From Felis catus (taxonomy: Eukaryota), in the NCBI RefSeq assembly GCF_018350175.1, contig NC_058378.1, positions 64,666,001 through 64,730,000 on the forward strand: a stretch of 64,000 nt of DNA, read 5' to 3'. Under the pieces are notes generated by a model, which was given only the letters and a program-made list of their open reading frames with translations, did not search any database and was not told the DNA's origin. Both the position numbers and the translations under genes were made by a program. Below, piece by piece: positions 11,381-25,300 of this stretch; position 1 is the stretch's first letter; each line of letters opens with the position of its first letter.

Positions 11381-11829
11381 TGATGATGATGAGTACCTCC
11401 AAGTCACCCTCCTGATGATGAAGATGCTGGGAGATGCCCAACTGAACAAACTGGGGGAAGCCCAGAACCGTGGAGGGAAATCCCCCTCCTCCAGGGCCAA
11501 TAAAGGAGTTGTGTCACTAGGAAAATCCATTTCCTTCTGAGATCTTTAGCCCAAGTCAGACCCTAAAATATTCCTTTAAAAATGATTTTACTAGACAGAG
11601 TGATCTTGCCTTTAATTAGCAAGTGGCACTTTAATGGCATATTAGTGTCTAATGGGATTGTGTTCCAACTAGCCCAGAACAAGGGCACAGAGATATCTAA
11701 AGAAACAACAACCCCAGTAAGATGGGCTTATTCATCATCTTTTCTGGTCACTAACCAATGGTATAAATAGATAAATGATCAAGATGGGACAATTATTCCT
11801 TATAGGGGAATTCTAATTAATACTGATAA

Positions 11830-12660
11830 TAAGAAATGATCGAAGTAGGAAATTACCATCAGAATACCACAGAAATAACTGTTACAGGCAAGATCCACTG
11901 AGGAATACTAGAATTAGTGGGCAAAATGCATAGCCTCAAAGAATCTTTCCCAAAATATTTATTAATTATTTTGGTGTTTTTAACATATGTTCACAAAATT
12001 TTTGATACTCTTCTTGCCAAGAGTTGGAGCTTAATTCTCTTTCCCTTGAGAATGCACTGGATTTAGTAAGTCGCTTTTAACAAATAGAGTATGGAACAGG
12101 AAAAACAGTAATTCTGCAATGGAAACACCTGGCAAACCCTACCTTACCTTAAGTGATCAAGGTTAACATCACTGGTAATAAGACATATTGATATACTATA
12201 TTGTTTGATATGATGCCATGAGAAGGGGACATCATTTCTGTGATATTCTTCCAAATAATCTATAACCCTGTAATCATGAGAAAATATCAGACTAACCTGA
12301 TTTCAGGTACATTCTAAAAAATATCTGACTAGCACTCTTCAAAACTGCCTAGGTCATCAAAGACCAGGAAAGTCTGAGGACCTGCCACAGATTGAAAGAG
12401 ACTAAAAGATACGACAAATAAGTGCCATGTGGGATTTTGGGAAAAAAGGACATTTTTTTATGTAAAAATTTTGGGGGAATCCAAATCAAATCTCCAGTTA
12501 AGTTGACAGCCTTTTACCAATGTTAATTTCTTTGTTGTAAATACTGCTCCATGGTTATAAAACATGTTAACTTAAGAGAAGCTGACTGAAGATGATATGG
12601 GAACTCTCCATTCTATCTTTACAATTCTTTAATGCTAAAATTACTTTGAAATAAAAAGTT
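11830..12660 (+). mobile_element. L1MC-type 3' end
   Basis: aagtgatcaaggttaacatcactggtaat, taatcatgagaaaatatcagac, gggaactctccattctatctttacaa..aaataaaaagtt are L1MC/MD 3' UTR hallmarks. Confidence 0.8.
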
Positions 12661-14047
12661 AGGGGGGAAACTATACCCAAATCTCCCAAGGATGTACTCA
12701 CTTAGAAGAAAACTACTATAAATAGGAAAGTGATCTGCCCTTTCTAAATCATTGGCGTCACATGGAATGGATGGGTCAGGTCATTCTAGCACCTAAAGTG
12801 GGTAAACTACTGTAGCATTCCAACTAGTGTAAATTTATGATTCATAGATTTCAATAATCACAAAAAATAAAGTTATACTATTAAAAAAATGACACGATTG
12901 GAAAAGTGGCTCTTATTACTGAGATGTTCTTACTCTTCCTTTATTTAGAAGTAGAAATGCATGTGGACAGCCAGAGTTTTTTCTGATTCTAGAGCTGCCC
13001 TGATTACTGTGGGAGGAGTCTGACTGCAGCTGAAAACATAAATCTGTTGGCCCAGGAACTGTTGAAGTGTGAGGGTGGATGTGAAGCTCCGGCTGATGTG
13101 CCTGTACACTATGCCTGCTTTGGGTTCCTCTCTCTTAGGCACCTTGCCTTCCTTGGCTTCCGAATACAGGAAGGCTAACTGCCCATAGGAGGCACATTCT
13201 GGAAGAGCTAGTTTGTTCTCTGGGTTAGTGATGCAGAAGCTCTCCCAGGCACATAAATATTCTAACAAGTTTCATCTTGTCACAATAGAGTCATAAAATT
13301 GCTCTGTTCAGCACATGATAATGGCTTTGTAATTCAATTATTGGTAGAATTTGTCTTCTGGTATTTATCTGCCTTAAACTTCAGGCACTCATGGAAAACC
13401 CTTTACCATAAATTTCATAAATGCTGCAGCAGGTTCTGTCCTCTACCCCAGGGCACATCTTGCCATGCCTGTGAAAACCTTGACAGCTTTCTCTAAATTA
13501 TGGAATTGCTTTGTTTAGAGATGTTGATGTTTTAAGTGCCAGAGCCAAACGATAAAAAACAGTGGGACAGGTCCATTTCCTCTGGTTATTCTCTGTAGAG
13601 AAAGAGAGATCCTGACAGACAGAAAAAGTTCATTCTCAATCCAAAAGGCTGTTTTTAGCCATTTATCTAGAATTGTGTAGAAGGGATTCCTTCAATTCAT
13701 AGGAGGTCATATGTGATAGCTTCAAAGTTCTCAAAGAATCCCAGTAACATTCTGAATACATTCATAAACAAATCAGGGCTGGCCATCTACACGGAATCCC
13801 TGGTCAAAGAGTTGGTTTAAGGATCTTCTTCTGTCTGCTCTGCCTTTCTTTCCTACCATGTCAAACAAGCCAGTTCATAGATCTTCTCTACCATTCTGTT
13901 TAGGATTTACCATCCCACATCTTATTAGTTACCTATTAAGACAACATTATCTAACCTTTGATTTGAAAAGTAGGTATCTGTGGCTGCCTCATCCTCATAT
14001 TCATTCTTTAATTTTCACATATTTGATAAATACTTATTGAGCATCTA

Positions 14048-14434
14048 CTTTATCAATTCCAAAATGCTCACTTTTTAAAAAAAATTTTAACATCTCTTAA
14101 ATTCATTGTTATCTTATAATCATTGAAATGATAATGTTTAGGGGCACCTGGGTGGCTCAGTCAGTTAAGTGTCTGACATCCACTCAGGTCGTGATCTCGT
14201 GGTTCGTGGGTTTGAGCCCTACATCAGACTCTGCTGACAGCTCAGAGCCTGGAGACTACTTCAGATTCTGTGTCCCCAACTCTCTCTGCTCTGAGAAATA
14301 ATAAACCCCCCTCTGAGAAGTAAATAAACATTAAAAAAATAAATGATAATGTTTAACTGGCATGTTTTTTTTGACAATACATAAAATAAAGGTATCATCA
14401 TTCAATGGGATTTTAGAGTTGATGAGATATGGTA
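14048..14434 (+). mobile_element. Probable MER104-like (Tc2) MITE, split by the SINE at 14141
   Basis: atcaattccaaaatgctcac..ttttaacatctct..atcttataatc at the left; acataaaataaaggt..ttagagttgatgagatatggta at the right. Family name from memory. Confidence 0.55.
14141..14340 (+). mobile_element. Can-SINE (SINEC_Fc-type), antisense to SORCS1
   Basis: ggggcacctgggtggctcag start. Exact 15-bp TSD aaatgataatgttta at 14126-14140 and 14341-14355. Duplicated ctctgagaa..taaac block in the tail. Confidence 0.96.
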
Positions 14435-15477
14435 TGCTCCAGGCAGTGTTCTAGGCATTTCACTCCATTAGCTCTTTGGTCAATTTCTTCTCATCTTTGG
14501 CCTATCAATAGACAAGTCCCTTTCCTTAAAAACCATTCCCCAGGAACACCCTCCATCATAACTTAATATGAATATATGTTTGTGTGTGTCTTTTATTTTT
14601 TCCTTCTCCTCTTCCCATTTCTCAATGTGTTAACATGAGATAATAGTGGCTGACCTTACTTCTTGGTATTTTGGTTACAGAATACAAAAAGGAGAAGCAT
14701 GACTCAGTTAAAAGAGGAATATTACCTGAAAACAATGTGGAATATGCAACTTTTTCTCATCTTTTTGGGGAGGCATTTATCATGTTTTATGTTATATGGG
14801 GGACAATACATCACTGTCAGGTGAAGCATAATTATGTTTTTGTTTTTACTTGGAGATTATATATGGTTTTACAAATGTGCCAGGTACCAAGTTCTCAAGG
14901 GGTAGACTGTGGTGATTTTGTATTGGATCGACTTGCCCAATCTACAACCATATTTTCCACAGTCTCTATAATTTCAGATTAGAACTGACCAAAAGGAAGT
15001 ACATATGAGATGCAGAAGACAGCAAGGAAGCAGTAGCCATTTCACTCTGAAGGTCGTTTTGGTTCAAGGTGCCAACAGACAGCAAAAAATTGCTGGCAAG
15101 TTATGGTCTGGTCTGTCCTTGCCCTTCCCTTCCCAAGTTCTATGTCCAGCTATTCTTCCAGATTGCCAACCTCGCACCCTCAGGCCCCAAGCCAGATGCT
15201 GGTTTTCAACTCCCAGAGAGGGTCATGCTACAGTCCCAACTCAGCAGCTGCAAACTCCTCCAGGACAGGAACTGTGTTTCCTCTAAGTTCACGGCCAGGA
15301 GTTAGATCTAAAAATTACTCACTCAATTGATATAAATTAAATGAACCGAGTAACAAGAGTTTCTAAGTAATTGAGAAGCTATAAAATTCAACACTAAAAT
15401 GATTTTCTATCCATTGTTCCTGATTCTGGGGCAACAGGAAAGTAAAATACATGTCTGCATTAAAAATTCCCACTGAA

Positions 15478-17848
15478 TTCACAAATCAATCAACGCAATA
15501 CCCCACATTAATAAAATAATGGATAGGAACCTTATGATTCTGTCAACGGAGGGAGAAAAAGCATTTGACAAAATACAGCATGCATTCTTGATAAACATCC
15601 TCAACAAAGCAGGTATAGATGGAACATACTTCAACATCATAAAGGCCATATATGAAAGACCCACAGCTAATATCATCCTCAATGAGGAAAAACTGAGAGC
15701 CTTTCCCCTATGATCAGGAACAAGAAAAAGATGTCCACTCTCACCATTATTAACATGGTCCTGGAAGTCTTAGCCTCAGCAGTTAGACAGCAAATAAATA
15801 AAAGGCATCCAAATCGGCAAGGAAGAAGTCAAACTTTCACTAGTTGCAGATGACATGATACTCTACACAGAAAACCCAAAAGACTTCACCAAAATTGTCA
15901 GAAAAATACATGAATTCACTAAAGTCACAGGACATTAAATTAACGTGCAGAAATCTGTTGGATTTCTATACACCAATAGCGAAGCAGCAGAAAAAGAAAT
16001 CAAGGATTCGATCCCATTTGCAATTGCACCCAAAACAATAAGATGCCTAGGAATAAACCTAACTAAAGAGGTAAAAGACCTGTATTTGAAAACTATAGAA
16101 CATTTATGAAAGAAATTGAAGAGGACACAAAGAAATGAAAAAGTATTCCATGCTCACGGATTACAAGAACAAACATTGTTAAAATGTCTATACTACCCAA
16201 AACAATCTACACGTTTAATGCAATCCTTGCTAAACTACCACCAGCATTTTTTGCAGAGCTAGAACAAAAAAATCCTAAAATTTGTATGGAATCACAAAAG
16301 ACCCCAAATAGCCAAAGCAATCCTGAAAAATAAAAACCAAAATGGAGCTATCACAATTCTGGATTTCAAGCTATATTATAAAGTTGTAGTCATCACGACA
16401 GTATAGTGCTGGCACAAAAACAGACACATAGATCAATGGGACAGAAGAGAAAACCTAGAAATGGACCCACAACTCTATAATCAAGTCACCTTTGACAAAG
16501 CAGAAAAGAATATCCAATGGAAAAAAGACAGTTTCTTCAACAAATGGTAATGGGAAAAACTGGATGGCAACAAGTGGAAGAACAACACCATACACAAAAA
16601 TAAATTCAAAATGGATGAAAGACTTAAATGTGAGACAGGAGACATCAAAATCCTAGAGGAGAACACAGGCAACAACCTCTTTGACATCAACCTGAGCAAC
16701 TTATTACTAGATACATCACTGAAGACAAGAGAAACAAAAACAAACATGAAAGATTGGGACTTCATCAAAATAAGAAGCTTCTGCATAGCTAAGGAAACAA
16801 TAAACAAACCTAAAAGGCAGCCTATAGAATGGGAGAAGATATTTGCAAGTGACATATTGGATTAAAGGTTAGAATACGAAATCTATAAAGAACTTACAAA
16901 CTCAACACTCAAAAAAAGAAATAATCCAGTGACGAAATGGACAGAGGACATGAATAGACACTCTTCCAAAGAAGACATCCAGATGGCTAACAGACACATG
17001 AAGGTATGCTCAACACAACTCATCATCAAGGAAATACAAACCAAAACCATGATGAGATACCACCTCACACAAGTAAGAAGGCTAAAATTAACAACACAAG
17101 AAACAATACGTGTTGGCAAGGACGTGGAGCAAGGGGAACCCTCTTGCAGTGTAGATGGGAAAGCAAACTGGTGCAGCCACTCTGGAGAATAGTATGGAGG
17201 TTCCTCAAAAAACTAAAAATAGAACTACCCTATGATCCAGCAATTGCAGTCTTAGGTATTTACCCAAAGGATAAAAAAATATAGATTCAAAGGGGTACAT
17301 GCATGCCAATGTTTATAGAAGCATTATCAACAATAGNNNNNNNNNNNNNNNNNNNNNNNNNNNNNNNNNNNNNNNNNNNNNNNNNNNNNNNNNNNNNNNN
17401 NNNNNNNNNNNNNNNNNNNNNNNNNNNNNNNNNNNNNNNNNNNNNNNNNNNNNNNNNNNNNNNNNNNNNNNNNNNNNNNNNNNNNNNNNNNNNNNNNNNN
17501 NNNNNNNNNNNNNNNNNNNNNNNNNNNNNNCTAAGCTAAAGAAGTCAATCAGAGAAAGACACATATCATAGCATTCACTCATATGTGAAATTTAAGAAAC
17601 AAAAACCGATGAAAATATGGGAAAGGTGGGGGGATAAGAGACTGGAAAACAAGCCATAAGAGACTCTTAAGATAGAGAACAAACTGAATATTGATGGAGG
17701 GAGGTAGGGGTGGGTGGGCTAGATGGGTGATGGGTATTAAGGAAGGCACTTGTGATGAGCACTGGGTGATGTATGTAAGTGATGAATAACTGAATTCTAC
17801 TCCTGAAACCAATATTGCACTATACATTAGCTAAAATTTAAATTAAAA
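15478..17848 (+). mobile_element. 5'-truncated carnivore/felid L1 (about 2.4 kb; ORF2 3' half plus 3' UTR), non-coding, antisense to SORCS1
   Basis: ORF2 fragments ([48 protein letters not shown]) broken by stops and frameshifts. 3' UTR gatgagcactgggtgatgtatgtaagtgatgaa. TSD aaaaa(t/a)tccca(c/t)tgaa at 15462-15477 and about 17847-17862. Contains an N gap at 17337-17530. Confidence 0.95.
17337..17530. other. Assembly gap (194 N) inside L1
   Basis: N run. Confidence 1.
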
Positions 17849-18185
17849 AAAATCCCATTGAAAATATAAATTGTGAAATTGGATGTCAAAATGAGATTGC
17901 CACATTCCAGAAACTAATGCCCAACTCTTCCTTATTCTGCTTTTAGATGATAGTTCATATTTACTCATCATGTATTATATGTATCTAGAGTTTAACCTGA
18001 GTTCTCATTTTTATCCTGGTAAGTATATACAACCCTACAATGATGACTGATACATAGATGAAGACTATAAGGCTTAATTAAAGAGGTTAATTAAACAGCT
18101 CATTGTCACGCCCCTTGAGAACAGGATTCTAGCAAAGTCATTCTGACTCCAGAGCTCTCAACTGTAAACCGTAAACACCATCTCT

Positions 18186-18401
18186 TTTTTTTTTAAACGT
18201 TTATTCATTTTTGAGAGACAGAGAGAGACAAAGCATGAGTGGGGGAGGGGCAGAGAGAGAGGGAGACACAGAATCTAAAGCAGGCTCCAGGCTCTGAGCT
18301 GTCAGCACAGAGCCGGACACGGGGGCTCGAACCCACGAGTTGTGAGATCATGACCCGAGCCGAAGTCAGACGCTTAACCGACTGAGCCACCCAGGCGCCC
18401 C
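18186..18401 (-). mobile_element. Can-SINE (SINEC_Fc-type)
   Basis: Near-consensus core ending gactgagccacccaggcgcccc. Imperfect TSD taaacac(c/a)a(t/c)ctctt. Confidence 0.96.
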
Positions 18402-19440
18402 TAAACACAACCTCTTATTGACTGAAGACAACACACAAAAGTGACATATGAATGAATGAGCAAGAGAAACCACATACACAGACACAGCATAAACCCAGAG
18501 ACTCTTGAACTTGAAGACTAAGTCTGATCACTAGAGCATAAGTCAATTTCTTTTAATATTGTTCTAAATTAGGAAGCCATAATAATGAGGATGTTCCCCT
18601 CGCTCTTGCACTCTGCTATCATAATAGTTCTTAGTGGGAATCTGGAGAAGTGATGGAGTCTCAGCTGCTCAGAGATGGAGGAGCTGCAGCCCATGGAGAC
18701 AGGAAATCATCAAGATAAGGAGGACGGGGATCAATGATGGCCATTAGTGAATGAAGACCATGAGAAAAGTGATGGGCTCACATGCAGCAGCAGGGGGAAT
18801 TTAACTTAATGTGGAGGGAAACTTGCTAATCATACGGGGAGATTACGAAGTGGAGGAAAGTGCAAGAGGATTAGAAAATGGCACTCATGTGGAGGTCATT
18901 AACAGAAGGAAAAAAAAAAAGATAAAACATCAGGCCTCTCAAGAAAAATGAAAATCCTCTTATCTAGCACTCACAGCACAGGTACCAGAAATGCCCCAGT
19001 GTAGCTCTGGGGATGGGATCTCAGGAATGACTTCCTGCCTCTTCTCCCTGCTCCTGACTCAAAGCACAGGCATGATTCAGCTCAGACGGTAGTTTGGTAG
19101 GGGGCTCAGGACCAGAAAAGATTGTCTGGGAGGAAGGGGGAAAGTGTAAGAGAAGAGACAATGAAGTCAATACTCCAAAGAAAGGGCGGTCTGGGGTTCT
19201 TCTCCTGAGCCCATACTCAGAAGTGTATCAAGGATCTGTCAGTTTGGGCAGTCTGGGGCAGAACTCCCCGTGAGGGCAGTCCAGGGTGCGGTCACCTCAT
19301 CCGTGCTTACACAGATCTCATTACCCCCCAGGACAGCCTATTAGGCTAATAAGCAGCCTACCACATAGAAAAGCGTTCCTTTTACTGATCTAGAATTCTT
19401 CTCCCTTCAATATGTACGCAGACAGCTTAGAAGTCTAGCT

Positions 19441-19642
19441 TTTTCATTTTTTTAAGTTTATTTATTTATTTTGGGAGAGAAAGAGAGGGCACAAGCGGGG
19501 GAGAGGCAGAGAGAGAATCTCAAGCAGGTTCTGTACTGACAGTGCAGAGCCCAATGTAGGGTTTGAATTCATGAACTGTGAGATCATGACCTGAGCCAAA
19601 ACCAAGAATCAGATGCTTAACTGACTGAGCCACCCAGGCATC
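19441..19642 (-). mobile_element. Can-SINE (older SINEC_Fc2-like)
   Basis: gagagaatctcaagcaggttct..gagatcatgacctgagccaaaaccaagaatcagatgcttaactgactgagccacccaggca. Confidence 0.93.
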
Positions 19643-19761
19643 TTTTATGGCTCCTTGACTTAACAAATGGAGTCCATGCAAGATGCGTTTCAATCTGGAT
19701 GTATTTGCGGGTTCATGCAGTGCATATACATATATGTGTGCATTTGATGAAGTCAGTACCT

Positions 19762-19800
19762 TGTGTGTGTGTGTGTGTGTGCGTGTGTGCGCGCGTGTGT
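19762..19800 (+). repeat. (TG)n/(CG)n alternating purine-pyrimidine tract
   Basis: tgtgtgtgtgtgtgtgtgtgcgtgtgtgcgcgcgtgtgt read directly. Confidence 0.92.
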
Positions 19801-19959
19801 ATGCACACCAAGTTCTGCTGTTCCATTTATTGCCCTACATAAAATAGGTGGAAACATGTTAAAGATAGTCTTGGTCCTTAAGAAATTATCCATCAGCAGG
19901 AGAGGGAAATGAGGAAGTAAAAAGACAGGTATGCAAAACCTACTAAGTGCTAAGTTACT

Positions 19960-20125
19960 TAATAATAATTATCATATGCCCTTTTTAATTCCCAAAATAA
20001 GCCTTGGGAGAAGGAAACTGAAGCTCAGGCAGGTGAAGCAGTTTCTCAGGATTGCTCAATCAGTAAAAAGCAAGGCAGGAATCTGAAGCTTGATGTGCTG
20101 ACTCCAAGCCTGTGTTCCTTCCAAC
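19960..20125 (-). mobile_element. MIR
   Basis: aaggaaactgaagctcaggcaggtgaagcagtttctcagg..ctgactccaagcctgtgttc is the reverse MIR core and head. Confidence 0.7.
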
Positions 20126-22029
20126 AATCACATAGACAGATTTGCAGTACAACACATTTTATGATGCACTGCATTTTATTTGTGACATATTTAAATTCAC
20201 ATTAACCACATTTAAATTCAAAGAAAGAGATTTTTCTTGCCTAGAAAAACAAGAAGCACGTATCGAAGAAGGTTCAGAGAGTAAAGGCAGGCATCAGTGT
20301 AAGGCCATAAAGATCCAACATTGTGATCCTAATAATGACAAAAATCCTCATCCATTATTTTTGTATTCAAAGATCAAAACTGTCCTAACACATAGTAAGT
20401 GCTAAAAAGTAGTCACTGCTAAAAATAATAATGATAATAAGGACAGTTTATCCCCCAGGTAGGCATATTTATAAAGCCAGAGAGATAAGAGGGATAAACT
20501 GGTCCATAGACTAATCAGTGCTTAGAATTATTTATCTGGCCTTCTGGAATTTAGCACACAGAATTGGGAGGATGGGGAGGGGAGGTCAGAAAAATGTGCA
20601 TTCAAACTCAGGTTGGCAAGAATCTAGTTATGCTCTTACTCTTTTTAATTTTATGTTGTAAGCAATGAGGAACAAGGCAAATGCTTGATCAGGGAAATGC
20701 CTACAAGATTCCTTAGGCATTAGTATGCTATCAGGAGAGGGGGGCTTTTTCACCATTCCTAATGAGCCAGAGTAATGGGAATAGAAAAGAAAGTGGGCAG
20801 GTGTAACTTCATGGAGGTAGAAGTGATGCGGATTGGAAAATCAACATATAAAAGGAACTGAGTAAGAGAACAGAGGGGAATATGGCTCAAAAATGCTAAG
20901 GCTGGGTTACAGGATACACAGAAATACAGACGCCTAAAAATCAAAATCCGATTCTGAACTGTGAGATGTTCCACCTCCACCTGGGCATAAAATCGAAAGC
21001 TAATGATGGTGTTTATTTAGAAGTTCCTGGCAAACGAAGACCCACTTCAGAGCTTTGGGTGAAGGATGAGGCAGAGTATCTTCAAAAAGTAGCCATACTC
21101 CCTTACTAATAAAGTACACCCAATTTTCTAGCTATTTTGATAAGACAGTTTTACTTTTTACTTTACTAGTTTATTTTATTCTATTTATTTTATTTTTGTA
21201 ATATGATTAGACCCCGATCCATTTCCACTTTGCAAGACATGGGGAAAGAAGAGTGCAGAGGAATCCATTAAACCCATCTGGGGAAAGAGAAAAGAGTCAC
21301 AGCCAATTCATGCCACATCCTCTATGTCCCTTTGTTGCGAATGGCTTAGAAATCTCGGAGATGCCATGCTGAGTGGCCAGCATATCTGAAGGAGGAAGAA
21401 GAAAGGTCATGGTGGCCTGGTGGTATAAAAAACAAACTACCAAACAACAACAAGGGTAAAAAAAAAAAAAAATCCCTCGCATTGGCCCAGCAGCAATATT
21501 CAGTAAAGACTTGGGGATGAGTGGTAGTGATATGAGTCTGAATCACAGAGAGATTATTTTAAGCGCTGAAGTGTTTTCTGACATAGCCATATAACACCAG
21601 CCCAAGTTTATGCATCTGTCTCTCATGCCCGAGGTTGGATGAGGGAACTCTGGATGGGAAAAACAGGCCAGGTATATAGACAAATGTGACTCTAACCACT
21701 GGACATCAGGCCCAAAGGGTATGAGGTCAAAAGGAAATGCCTGTAACCTTACAGCTGTGAGTGAGAAGAAAGCTTTGTGGAGCAGGGTCCTCAGAAAAGC
21801 TTCAAGGAAAGCTGGTGTTCCAGCCAGGGAACAGAGCGTGCTTACACAACACAGCCTTTTTAGCCAGTCGGATCTGGGTTTAAATTGTGTCACCATAATT
21901 TATTAACACATAACACGAGTCAGGATTATTTAATCTCTCTGGGATTTTGTTTTCTTATTTATCTTCTCATTTATTTCTCATCCAAAAATGGGAATTAAAA
22001 CACTTAGCAGCAATGCAAACCTCTTGCTG

Positions 22030-22430
22030 ATAGTATCCCATTAACCTCACTTTCTTTGGTAAAAGTTACCGAGTCTTTCAGGGGTATCATCATTCCTTAC
22101 TTTCTGTCCATGTGGTTTACTGGAATTGATTCTACCCCCGGGGTCTAGATGTAAGCATGCTACCTCATCAAGGACTATGAAATTTAATCCCGGGACTTCT
22201 GTGGGACCGCCAAGCAAGGAGGTATTTTCTTTTCCACTGGAGTAAATCCGGGAAAATGTTAGCTGCCAGAGATTGCCAGGAAGAAAGCCTGTCTGAGAGT
22301 GAAACTAACATCCAGGAGGGTGGAGCTGAAATATCAAGATCTGATCAACTTAAGGAGCCTCTGAATCAGTGGAGTCTAAATACAGTTGGACCTTTAGACT
22401 TTCTAGATCCATGACCCCATATCTCTTAAA
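22030..22430 (+). mobile_element. Old MaLR LTR, MLT1K/J-like
   Basis: gtccatgtggttt..cccgggacttct..gcctgtctgagagtgaaactaaca..gagcctctgaatcag..ggacctttagactttc follow the MLT1K motif order. Confidence 0.65.
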
Positions 22431-22495
22431 AACAAAACAAAACAAAACAAAACAAAACAAAACAAAAAACAAAAACAAACAAAAAAAATCAAAAA
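22428..22495 (+). repeat. (AAAAC)n pentanucleotide repeat
   Basis: Read directly. Confidence 0.93.
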
Positions 22496-23619
22496 CTTTT
22501 TTTCCCTTAAAACAGGTTGCATTTTTCTATCACATATCTTGAAAAAGTTTTGATGACTAAATTATTTCTGATCATTGATTTGAGGACTGACTGAAACAAT
22601 GTGTGCAAGGCACTTAGCATAGGGCTTGGCACATAGTAAGTGCTCAATAAATGGGACTTGTTGCCAAAGACATGGAATGGGGAGTCATTCTTATTGACTG
22701 GCACATGGGAATGAATGACAATGTGTATACATGCTCAAAAGCACTGAGTATAGACTTGTGAGTATTCCTGTGTCTCTGTGCTGCACAGTACAGCTGTCAT
22801 GTGTCCCCTGAGGGACATAACTGAAACAAGGCTGGCATTCCAGAATACAAAGGCTCATTGTTGAGTCAACTTTTAATTTTCTGTGCGTGAATTAGTCACA
22901 GAAAATATGTAATCACCATTCAGCTGTCCCTGCTTCCAGCCAGCCCCCTATATGTCAGAACAACATAATCAATAAGATAAGTCTGAACCTATTTTTAATT
23001 AAGTGAAACAGCTCTAAGATTGCCTTGTCTTTTGCATAGATAATAGATTGCTGAGTAGCTTATAATGAAAACTGCCTTCCAATGCTTTGTTCAAAAGTTG
23101 AATCAGATCCCAACAAGGCCACATTCAGCAACTACTATTAGTGAATTTTTGGCAGGAACTTCACTCTATTCAAGGCATTTGGGTACCAGTGATCTTCCAA
23201 CTCTGTGTCCTTGTTCAATGTCAAAGCAAAACCTTGGCTCCTGCCTAATAAACTATTAAACTGTTATTATTGAAGGAAGCAGGTCAGAGATAAGTGTTAA
23301 ATACAGGACTGATTTTTACTACTGTAAGCAAGGGCCATGGGCCGAGACGGACCAAGTTTCAAAACTTGGCTGTATTATGTATTATATATATTATGTTGGA
23401 TAAAATACATCGTCTTTCTATTTCATCAAAATGAGGACAAGAATCCCTACCTCACAGTCTTGTTATAAGGATCAAATGACATGCTTTTATCAGGCGTCCA
23501 GATCATTCTAGTGACTGTATACAAATCCCTATTATGGAACTTTATCTTGCTGACACTCAGTTCTCCCATCTCTATTTTGTCTCTCATAAAAATCTCTTCT
23601 TGCCTTTTATAACAGAATC

Positions 23620-23900
23620 CTGTTTTCCTCCTTTTTAGCAATCCTATCTCCCCTAACTTTGAACCATGCAGTTTGCCTGGGACTCAACCCCATCTCCTGT
23701 TTCAGTTCCCTGACCTACGTGAGTAATGTACTGCCTTCTATAGCCTTAATCACACAGATCTGATCCCTAGAAATGTGAGGAAAGAGGTAGGCTCATTTGA
23801 TAGGGCTTCTAAACTGTTAGAATGTAGAGTAGAGCTGATAATATCTGTCACTACCACAAGTGGGAGAACCAACCTGAGAATGAAGCCAGCATGGTGGGGG
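23620..23900 (+). mobile_element. Second MLT1K/L-like LTR fragment
   Basis: gaaccatgcagtttgcctggg..agagctgata..ctaccacaagtgggagaaccaacctgagaatgaagccagca. Confidence 0.55.
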
Positions 23901-23969
23901 CTGGGGGGAGAATAAAACTAATAGATGTTGAAGGTCAGCCTCTATTAAGAATATCATTACAATTAGTCA

Positions 23970-24160
23970 GTGGGCACTTAGTACAATTCTTAGGTGCCAG
24001 GTATGTAACCAGCTCATAAGAAACATCTCATCTAATGAAGCAGGTATTAATTATTTCCACTTCAGAGAGGAAAAACCTGAGACAACCAGGAGTAACTTCC
24101 CCGGGATCCCTTACAGACTAAATGGTAAAGCTAGAACTCCTACCTCAGTATCTCTGGGCC
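23970..24160 (-). mobile_element. MIR
   Basis: gcaggtattaattatttccacttcagagaggaaaaacctgagac..agtaacttcccc..agctagaactcc. Confidence 0.6.
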
Positions 24161-25104
24161 CCTTAATCTCCAGGTCGTCCTGCCTCCCAGGGTAATCGAT
24201 TCCTGATGTAGCGAAGAACAAGACTGCTGTCACAGTTAGGGAAATAAAAAGGACACCTACTCTTTTAAGGGCAATATTGTACTAAGATGTGTTTTATAAG
24301 CTGCTATGTATACGTGTAAATCTGTAAATCTGTTTTAAAAACAATACGAACTCCGTGGAGGACAGTTCATATTCATGTTAGTTATGGTCGTACTAACAGG
24401 ACCGCCGCGATGACATAAGAATAAGGTCTTATGTTCCATAATTATTTTCTAATTGCCATCGACTACTTTCGGAGAGAGCACTGCTATTGCCAACCAGAAG
24501 AGATGTTTCTCAAGTGTACTTGGTGATGAGGAAAAGATATGAATTCATCTTCATTTCTCTCTATGGGAAATGCTGTGTTATTACCCAGAGTCCCTTACGC
24601 TAGATAATTCATCACTAGAAAAGTTGCCCTCAGGCCTTTCCACACCCCCGCAGTCAGGCTCCAAGCAAAAATGATTAAAGGGGGCCTCTTGTAATTAAGC
24701 TTGCTGAGCAATCCTAGATAGCCCCATGGTTCCTATGTCATTTGAAGCAATTGGTTTCCAGGAGTGAGTCTAATAAATATTGCTTTGACTGACACCTTTG
24801 CTGCCAGCCTCAGGAAGTTGCTCAGTCAGAAATACAGACCACGTGGCCAGAGATCAAGAGATTTTCATCAACAGTCATGTGCACTGTGCAATTTACAAGG
24901 TCTCATGCCTTCTCTGGAAAAACCAAAGAGCTTAAAGGACCCATGGGGGCCATCTGCCAAGCCCAGTTGGAGAGATACTCATGCCGGCACCATGGCCAAG
25001 AGACCTTCGGGTTTTCTCTCCTCATCTGCCGGAATGGGCTGAATTTCCAGGGCTCATAGCCTCAGCCCAGAAAAAAAAGGCCACGAGGCAGTGGCAACGG
25101 AATC

Positions 25105-25300
25105 CATAGATTTAGGAGAGCATGGGCTTTGGAGCCAGACTGTCTACCTTTGAATCCCAGCTCTGCTACTTTCTGGCTGTGTGACCTTGGCTAAATTAGT
25201 TAATCTCTTCATGCCACAGGTTCCCTATCTGTTAATGATGATAATGCAAGTCTTACTTCATTACTTCATTAAACTGTTATAAGAATTAAATAGCTTAAGT
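25105..25300 (+). mobile_element. MIR (MIRb-like), well preserved
   Basis: gagcatgggctttggagccagactg..tttgaatcccagctctgctactt..gctgtgtgaccttggc..ttaatctcttcatgcc..ttccctatctgt. Confidence 0.88.

Noticed and set aside
11226-11540. HTHT/CVCV-rich ORFs (also 6564, 30939, 30968, 34746)
   Set aside because: Translations of (CA/GT)n microsatellites.
15519-17284. L1 ORF2-like ORFs (reverse transcriptase and C-terminal pieces)
   Set aside because: The element is 5'-truncated with multiple stops and frameshifts; not an active or domesticated gene.
17299-17582. ORFs rich in X (also at 40224, 40231 and 51825-52095)
   Set aside because: Artefacts of translating N gaps.
18780-18800. CTCF-like words (gcagcagggggaat here; also cagctggtggcaac at about 33263 and ccaccaggggtt at about 53609)
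   Set aside because: Each mismatches core positions of the CTCF consensus.
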